From positions 59,131-123,130 of the forward strand of contig NZEC01000018.1 in the NCBI GenBank assembly GCA_002688925.1: a stretch of DNA of 64,000 nucleotides, in the 5' to 3' direction. The first letter of the stretch is position 1. Every line of letters starts with the position of its first letter. The notes beneath the pieces were generated by a model. It made no database searches, had not been told where the DNA came from, and saw nothing but the letters and a program-made list of their open reading frames with translations. A program made the position numbers and the translations under genes. This document shows positions 57,737-64,000 of the stretch, in pieces. The DNA is from an archaeon (GTDB lineage: Archaea; Nanobdellota; Nanobdellia; Woesearchaeales; GW2011-AR4).

Positions 57737-59566
57737 ATGTGCGGCATAATCGGCTATATTGGGAAAAGTAAAGCAGCTCCGATATTAGTTGATGGGCTTA
57801 AGAGGCTGGAGTACAGGGGCTATGATTCTGCAGGCATTTCTACGATAAACAATAGGAATATAATCGTAGAGAAGGATATTGGAAAGATCAATGAGATAGA
57901 AGGCAAGACAAATTTCTCCAAGCTTGATGGCAATATCGGGATCTCGCACTGCAGGTGGGGGACTCATGGTAAAATTACAAGGGAAAATGCGCATCCCCAT
58001 GTTGATTGCTCAGGAAAAATTTCCATTGTGCACAATGGGATCATAGAAAATTTCTCAGAATTAAAGGAAATGCTGATTAAGAAAGACCATAAATTTAAGT
58101 CCTTAACAGATACAGAAGTAATAGCCCATTTGTTAGAGGAAAATTATAATGGAGACATTGAGCAAGCGGCAAGAAAAGCTTTGCAGCAGATAGAAGGCAG
58201 CTATGCTTTGGGCATTTTATGTTCGGATGAGCCTAACAGGCTAATAGCTGCAAGAAACGAAAGCCCGCTGATTCTTGGACTTGGAAAAAATGAAAATTTT
58301 ATTGCGTCAGATGTTCCGGCAATCTTAAAGTATACAAAAAAAATAATTTATCTTGAAAACAATGAAATGGCTGTTTTAACAGACAAAAATGTTTCAGTAA
58401 AAGACATTAATGGTAAAGTAATTGACAAAAAAATACATAAAATTGAATGGAATTCTGAGCTTGCAGAAAAAGGAGGATTTGAGCATTATATGCTTAAGGA
58501 AATCCATGAGCAGCCAAGGGCAATAACCGAAACTCTGAACGGAAGGGTTGAGAACGGAAATGTTAATTTAAGCGAAGAAATTAATTTGAGTGAGCAGGAA
58601 TTAAGGAAAATTAAGAGAATTGTGATTGTTGCCTGCGGAACAAGCTGGCATGCTGCACTTGCAGGAGAGTTTATGCTGGAAGAACTGGCAAAAATTCCGG
58701 TTGAAGTTGAGTATGCATCTGAATTCAGGTACAGAAATCCTATAATAGATGAAGGGACTTTAGTTATTGCCATAAGCCAGAGTGGGGAAACTGCTGATAC
58801 TTTGGCTGCGATAAGAGAGGCAAAGGAAAAAAACGCAAAAATATTGTCTATTATCAATGTAAAAGGGAGTTCAATAGAAAGAGAGTCTGATTCTGTCTTG
58901 TATACTTATGCCGGGCCTGAGATAGGAGTTGCATCCACCAAAGCGTTCACTACGCAGCTCATTGTGTTATATATATTTACATTGTTTATGAGCGGCTTAA
59001 GAAAAACATTAGATAAAGAAAAAATCAAGGGCCTGATTGAAAGATTAAGGAAATTGCCATTGCAGATGGATGCTTTGCTGAACAATGATGAGGAAATCAG
59101 GAAAATAGCTGATATCTACAAAAGCAGGAAGAATGCTTTGTTTTTAGGCCGCGGAGTCAATTTTCCTATTGCACTGGAAGGGGCATTGAAATTAAAGGAA
59201 GTGAGCTACATACATGCTGAAGGATATCCTGCTGCAGAGATGAAGCATGGCCCTATTGCCTTGATTGACAAGGAAATGCCCGTAGTTTTTGTCGCTCCAA
59301 AAGACATCTATACTTACAAAAAAGTTTTGGGAAATATTGAAGAGGTGAAAGCGCGCGGAGGGATTGCTATTGTTATTGCTACCGAAGATGATAAGGAAAT
59401 CAAGAAAAAGGCAGACCATGCAATATATATCCCAAAAAACCTTTATACTTTAAGCTCAATACTTGCTGTTATTCCGCTGCAGCTGCTGGCTTATTATGTT
59501 GCTGTTGATAGGGGTTTGGATCCGGATAAGCCAAGAAATCTCAGTAAAAGCGTAACAGTTGAATGA
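57737..59566 (+). CDS. glmS: Glutamine--fructose-6-phosphate aminotransferase
   Basis: N-terminal MCGIIGY Ntn amidotransferase. Two SIS domains and a C-terminal ...SVTVE. Confidence 0.85.
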   Translation: MCGIIGYIGKSKAAPILVDGLKRLEYRGYDSAGISTINNRNIIVEKDIGKINEIEGKTNFSKLDGNIGISHCRWGTHGKITRENAHPHVDCSGKISIVHNGIIENFSELKEMLIKKDHKFKSLTDTEVIAHLLEENYNGDIEQAARKALQQIEGSYALGILCSDEPNRLIAARNESPLILGLGKNENFIASDVPAILKYTKKIIYLENNEMAVLTDKNVSVKDINGKVIDKKIHKIEWNSELAEKGGFEHYMLKEIHEQPRAITETLNGRVENGNVNLSEEINLSEQELRKIKRIVIVACGTSWHAALAGEFMLEELAKIPVEVEYASEFRYRNPIIDEGTLVIAISQSGETADTLAAIREAKEKNAKILSIINVKGSSIERESDSVLYTYAGPEIGVASTKAFTTQLIVLYIFTLFMSGLRKTLDKEKIKGLIERLRKLPLQMDALLNNDEEIRKIADIYKSRKNALFLGRGVNFPIALEGALKLKEVSYIHAEGYPAAEMKHGPIALIDKEMPVVFVAPKDIYTYKKVLGNIEEVKARGGIAIVIATEDDKEIKKKADHAIYIPKNLYTLSSILAVIPLQLLAYYVAVDRGLDPDKPRNLSKSVTVE

Positions 59567-59628
59567 ATATTAAGAAATGAAGAGAGTTATCACAAACTTT
59601 TTAAACATCATTCTAAAACATCCACGAT

Positions 59629-59919
59629 ATGAAAGTTAAGGTAAATAAAGAATTGATAGGGCATATTGCTGAAGTTGCAAGACTTAAGCTTACAGATAAG
59701 GAAATTAAAAAATTTGAAGCTGAGCTAAGGGAGATTATAGAAAAATTCTCAAAGCTTGATGAGGTTGATACAAAAAATATTGAGCCTAGTTTGCAGGCTG
59801 TTGAATTAAAAAATATTCTTAGGGAAGATAAGGAAGGGATTTGCTTAAGCCAGAAAGATGCTTTAAGCTTAATTGAACATAAAAAAGACGGCTACTTTAA
59901 AGGTCCAAAAGCAGTTTAA
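59629..59919 (+). CDS. gatC: Aspartyl/glutamyl-tRNA amidotransferase subunit C
   Basis: 96 aa. GatC-like layout (IAEVARLKLTDKEIKKFEAEL ... EPSLQAV). Lies upstream of gatA/gatB. Confidence 0.6.
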   Translation: MKVKVNKELIGHIAEVARLKLTDKEIKKFEAELREIIEKFSKLDEVDTKNIEPSLQAVELKNILREDKEGICLSQKDALSLIEHKKDGYFKGPKAV

Positions 59920-59934
59920 AAATGAGATGAAAAA

Positions 59935-60468
59935 ATGAAAATTCATGCAATGTTTTTAGCTTTTATTTTGCTCATAGCAGGATGTGGAGGAAATAACATA
60001 ACGGCTGGTGTTACAGCTATAGATGGGGTGGAAAAGATGGAAAATAAAATAGTTACAGTAGAAACCAGTAAAGGTGTTATTAAATTTGAATTGTTTGAGG
60101 ATAAAGCTCCAATAACAACAAAGAATTTTATTGAATTAGTTGGAAAAGGATTCTATAATGGGTTGACATTCCACAGGGTTGAGCCTGGGTTTGTAATACA
60201 AGGTGGAGATCCAAATGGAGATGGGACTGGGGGCAGCGGCAAGAATATACCTTTAGAAATTCATAAGGATTTAAGGCATACAAAAGGTACTGTTGCTATG
60301 GCACGATCTCAGGATCCTAACAGCGCCTCTTCACAATTTTACATAACTCTTGCAGACACTCCGCTTCTGGATGATAATTATGCTGTCTTTGGCAGAGTTG
60401 TAGAAGGAATGGATGTTGTTGAGAGCATTAAAGTAGGTGATAAGATGGATAAAGTTACAATCAAATAA
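59935..60468 (+). CDS. Cyclophilin-type peptidyl-prolyl cis-trans isomerase, lipoprotein-like
   Basis: [34 protein letters not shown] and [14 protein letters not shown]-terminal signal peptide with Cys (LIAGCGGNN). Confidence 0.75.
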   Translation: MKIHAMFLAFILLIAGCGGNNITAGVTAIDGVEKMENKIVTVETSKGVIKFELFEDKAPITTKNFIELVGKGFYNGLTFHRVEPGFVIQGGDPNGDGTGGSGKNIPLEIHKDLRHTKGTVAMARSQDPNSASSQFYITLADTPLLDDNYAVFGRVVEGMDVVESIKVGDKMDKVTIK

Positions 60469-60531
60469 TTATCGCTATAAGGGCAGCTATTATATTTTAT
60501 TGATATTTTTTGAAAGGATTATTTTAATAAA

Positions 60532-61962
60532 ATGGATACTTATGAATTCGTTAACAAAATTAAAAACAATGAAATAGACATTGTTGAGCATACTCATAAA
60601 GTTATTGAAGAATGCAAAAAAATAAACAAGGAATATAATTACCTTAATGTTATTTCTGAAGAGCTTGCTTTGGAGCAGGCTAAAAACATAAAAAAATCAA
60701 TAAAAAATAAAGAAAACATAAAAAACAAAAAATTGCTTGGTGTTGCGGTGTCTGTTAAAGACAGCATTTGCGTAAAAAATGTTGAAAGTGCAGCAGGAAG
60801 CAGAATTCTTAAAGGCTATAAGCCATTGTTTGATGCAACTGTAATAAAAAAAGCAAAAGAGCAAGGTGCAATTATAATAGGAAAAACATCGCAGGATGAG
60901 TTTGGCTTTGGTGGATTTTCTGTTAATGTTGGTTTAAGCTTTAAAATTCCTAAAAATCCTTTTGACAAGCAAAGAAGCTGTGGTGGAAGTTCTGGTGGAA
61001 CAGCAGGTATAACACAAAAAGCTTCATTCCCACATATTGCTTTAGGAGAATCAACTGGAGGAAGTATTGCAGAGCCATCATCTTTCTGCGGAGTTTTTGG
61101 ACTATGTCCGACTTATGGCCGTGTTAGCAGGTATGGATTGATTGATTATGCCAACAGCTTGGATAAAATAGGCCCAATGGGAAAAAGTTTGCAGGAGGTT
61201 GCATTATTGCAGGAAACAATCTCTGGTTTTGACCAAAATGAAAGCACTACAATAAACAAACCAGCAGATAATTACACTGATTTTACCAATAAGAAAATTA
61301 AAAACGTGAAAATTGGAATCATAAAAGAAGCTTTTGAAAACATTGACAACAAAGTAAATAAAAAAACATTGGAAGGCATAAAAAAATTAGAAGAAGCTGG
61401 AGTAAAAACAGAAGAGGTTTCTTTGAAAATGCCAATAAAATACGGCTTGGCAACTTATTACATGCTCGCAACTTCAGAAGCCTCTACCAATTTAGCAAAA
61501 TATTGTGGAATGCGTTATGGTATAAGCGAAAAGCTAGAAGGAAACTTTAATGAATACTTTACAAAAGTAAGAAGCAGTAATTTTAGTGCAGAGGCAAAAA
61601 GAAGAATCATACTTGGAACTTTTGCAAGAATGTCTGGTTATAGAGATGCTTACTATATTAAAGCAACAAAAGTAAGGACAAAGATTGTTGAAGAATATAA
61701 AAAGCTGTTTAAGAAATATGATGCACTAATAAGCCCAACTGTTCCGATATTGCCACCTAAATTTTCTGAGATTGAGAAATTAACTCCACTACAACAATAT
61801 ATGATTGACGCCATAACAGTAAGCCCGAATGTTGCTGGCTTACCTCATTTAAATGTCCCAGTAGGTTTTGAAAATAATCTTCCTGTCGGAATGCTATTAA
61901 CTGCAGACCATTTGGAAGAAGGCAAATTAATACAATTAGGAAGTTTGTTTGAAAAGAATTAA
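60532..61962 (+). CDS. gatA: Glutamyl-tRNA(Gln)/aspartyl-tRNA(Asn) amidotransferase subunit A
   Basis: Amidase signature GGSSGGTAG and Ser-cisSer-Lys triad context. Confidence 0.85.
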   Translation: MDTYEFVNKIKNNEIDIVEHTHKVIEECKKINKEYNYLNVISEELALEQAKNIKKSIKNKENIKNKKLLGVAVSVKDSICVKNVESAAGSRILKGYKPLFDATVIKKAKEQGAIIIGKTSQDEFGFGGFSVNVGLSFKIPKNPFDKQRSCGGSSGGTAGITQKASFPHIALGESTGGSIAEPSSFCGVFGLCPTYGRVSRYGLIDYANSLDKIGPMGKSLQEVALLQETISGFDQNESTTINKPADNYTDFTNKKIKNVKIGIIKEAFENIDNKVNKKTLEGIKKLEEAGVKTEEVSLKMPIKYGLATYYMLATSEASTNLAKYCGMRYGISEKLEGNFNEYFTKVRSSNFSAEAKRRIILGTFARMSGYRDAYYIKATKVRTKIVEEYKKLFKKYDALISPTVPILPPKFSEIEKLTPLQQYMIDAITVSPNVAGLPHLNVPVGFENNLPVGMLLTADHLEEGKLIQLGSLFEKN

Positions 61963-61971
61963 AATACAAAA

Positions 61972-63393
61972 ATGATTTCATCAAAAAACAACATCATTAT
62001 AGGATTGGAAGTGCATGTCGAAATAAACACAAATACTAAACTATTCTGCAGCTGTCCAACTAAAGGTAATGAAAAGCCTAACTCAAGAACCTGTGAAACA
62101 TGTTTAGGAATGCCAGGAAGCAAGCCTCTTCTAAATAAAAAAGCTGTTGAATATGCAATAAAATTATGCTTGGCTTTGAACTGCAAAATAAATAAAGAGC
62201 TTATCTTCTCAAGAAAATCTTATTTTTACCCAGACATGGCAAAAAATTACCAGATATCCCAATATGAAATTCCCTTAGGCCAGAATGGAAGCTTAAAGTT
62301 AAAGTCAGGAAAGGAAATTGGCATTACAAGGGTCCATATGGAAGAAGATCCTGCTGCTTTAATACACCCAAAAGGAATGCAGGAATCTGCTTATGTTCTT
62401 GTTGATTATAATAGAAGCGGAAATCCTTTGCTAGAAATAGTCACAAAGCCAGAGCTTTCAAGTGCAGAAGAAGCAAGGGATTTTATGAAGCAGCTGATAA
62501 CTGTTTTAAGTTATTTAGGAATTTTTGATATTAACAATGGTATAATAAAAGCAGATGCAAATGTTTCCATTAGGGAAAGTACTTTTGTAAAGCAGGAAGT
62601 CAAGAACATAACAGGATTCAAGGAAATTGAGCGTGCATTAAAATATGAGATTCTAAGGCAGAAATCAGAAATAAAACAAGGAAAAAAATTAATGCAGGAA
62701 ACTCACGCTTGGGATTCTGAAAAAGGGCTTACATTTTCTTTAAGGAAAAAAGAGACAGAAGAGGATTACGGCTATATTTTTGATTCTGATTTAGTAAAAA
62801 CAGAGATTACAGATGAATTATTAAATAAAATAAAAAGTGAGATGCCTGAGTTGGCTCATGATAAGATATCAAAATTTGTTTCAAAGCACAAGATAAAAAA
62901 AGAAGATGCTGAGATAATTGCAGCTGAGAAAGAGCTTGCAGAGTTGTTTGAGAAGGTTGCTAAAGCTGTTGATCCTATACTGGCTGCAAAGTGGCTGAGG
63001 CGTGAGTTGGTAAGGGTGCTTAATTACAATAAAAAAGAGTTGCATGAGATAGAGATTGATGAAAAGCATATTATTGATTTGCTGAAATTGGTGGAAGCTA
63101 AAAAAATAACAGATACTGTTGCACAAAAATTACTGGAAAAGTTGATTGAGAAGCCTTTTGATGTTAATTCTCATGTTAAAAAAGAAAATTTAGGGGCTGT
63201 TTCTGATTCTGGTAAGTTGGAAAAATACTGCAAAGAGGCAATAAAAGAAAATCCAAAAGCGGTTGAGGATTATAAGAAGGGAGAGGAAAAAGCGCTTAAT
63301 TATATTGTTGGGCAGGTTATGGGGAAAACAAGAGGAAAAGCTACTCCTAAAGGGGTTAATGAGATTATTATAAATTTAATAAATAAAGAATGA
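61972..63393 (+). CDS. gatB: Amidotransferase subunit B
   Basis: GLEVHVEI motif, GatB core and C-terminal YqeY domain. Confidence 0.85.
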   Translation: MISSKNNIIIGLEVHVEINTNTKLFCSCPTKGNEKPNSRTCETCLGMPGSKPLLNKKAVEYAIKLCLALNCKINKELIFSRKSYFYPDMAKNYQISQYEIPLGQNGSLKLKSGKEIGITRVHMEEDPAALIHPKGMQESAYVLVDYNRSGNPLLEIVTKPELSSAEEARDFMKQLITVLSYLGIFDINNGIIKADANVSIRESTFVKQEVKNITGFKEIERALKYEILRQKSEIKQGKKLMQETHAWDSEKGLTFSLRKKETEEDYGYIFDSDLVKTEITDELLNKIKSEMPELAHDKISKFVSKHKIKKEDAEIIAAEKELAELFEKVAKAVDPILAAKWLRRELVRVLNYNKKELHEIEIDEKHIIDLLKLVEAKKITDTVAQKLLEKLIEKPFDVNSHVKKENLGAVSDSGKLEKYCKEAIKENPKAVEDYKKGEEKALNYIVGQVMGKTRGKATPKGVNEIIINLINKE

Positions 63394-63397
63394 CTTA

Positions 63398-63679
63398 TTA
63401 AATTTGATTATTACGGTAATTTTGAACATGATAGTCTGCTGAATATGTTTTAACAACATATGAAATAAAAGTTCTATTACTTTTAGTCTCCCTAATACTC
63501 TGAGGAATATCCACTATAACTCCAAGATTACTTTCTAACTCACTTTTAAATTGTTCAAATTCATTAGAATCTTGGATAACTTTGTTTGAATGAGTAGTAC
63601 GGTCATGTCTAATCTCCCTAAGAATACTCCTCGTCACATGTCCTAATTCCTTTTGTTCAGATTTTAAGTTAGTTGTCAT
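63398..63679 (-). CDS. Hypothetical protein (93 aa)
   Basis: ORF only. No motif. Confidence 0.3.
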   Translation of the reverse strand: MTTNLKSEQKELGHVTRSILREIRHDRTTHSNKVIQDSNEFEQFKSELESNLGVIVDIPQSIRETKSNRTFISYVVKTYSADYHVQNYRNNQI

Positions 63680-63761
63680 GTATTTGTATGAGTGAAATAA
63701 CTCATATTTAAACCTTTCTATTATTTTACCATCATTAAGGAGTAATAATTATCTTTTACCT

Positions 63762-64000
63762 ACAAATCAACCTTTAATATCTTGCTGGCATCTTCCTTAA
63801 TCCTGCCGTCAAAATCATTTACTCTTTCGCCTTCCTGTTTTTCTGTGCTTAAGATGCTCATTAGTTCTTTGATTAAAGATTCTTCTTTGTGAGTGTCCAT
63901 TCCTTTTACTTTTACCTGGCCCAGATGCTCTTTTATTATTGAGGTTTCTGCGTCTTCAACAGATTTTGCATCTATTTTAATCTCTTCAAATTCTTTTGTT
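63762..64000 (-). CDS. Hypothetical protein, partial (N-terminus beyond window end)
   Basis: Open minus-strand frame ending ...ASKILKVDL* at 63762, running off the window end. Confidence 0.25.

Noticed and set aside
1-64000. Mobile elements, integrases, transposases and restriction or other defence genes
   Set aside because: Scanned all ORFs. None show DDE/HUH/tyrosine-recombinase motifs, Cas signatures, or restriction-modification methyltransferase motifs. The only SAM MTases are TrmI and the MnmC-like protein.

Overview
AT-rich (~35% GC) window from an archaeal genome. Gene content and small, overlapping genes suggest a DPANN-type archaeon (Woesearchaeota/Pacearchaeota-like). Archaeal hallmarks: family B DNA polymerase, topoisomerase VI A/B, GatD/GatE plus GatCAB, aIF5A, ABCE1, Cdc48, FtsY, prefoldin alpha, ScpA, RIO kinase, a Dim2-like KH protein, EndoQ-like PHP nuclease, and several tRNAs carrying long or multiple introns. 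Housekeeping functions (PDH E1alpha/E1beta/E2, Prs, GlmS, TrmI) alternate with three less ordinary regions. (i) 4.8-9.0 kb: a pyruvoyl-dependent decarboxylase and an arginase-family hydrolase (polyamine genes) embedded among three FemAB/DUF2156-like aminoacyl-transferase-fold paralogs. (ii) 22.5-29.5 kb: a thiol/metal redox island. It holds a MerT/HMA-like protein, a DsbD/CcdA homolog, a triple thioredoxin-repeat protein, two proteins sharing a C-terminal LPxMVGGC motif, a TRASH-fused permease and a membrane-anchored wHTH regulator. (iii) A 35-bp exact inverted duplicate, embedded in hairpin-forming elements, sits in two intergenic regions (34.4 kb and 39.8 kb). Other oddities: GatD split across two frames, a 19-aa Cys-rich peptide ORF, a radical-SAM protein with Cx4Cx2C spacing, a pentapeptide-repeat gene built from perfect 15-bp DNA repeats, and an insertion in Cdc48 D2. 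No CRISPR arrays, transposases or integrases were recognised.
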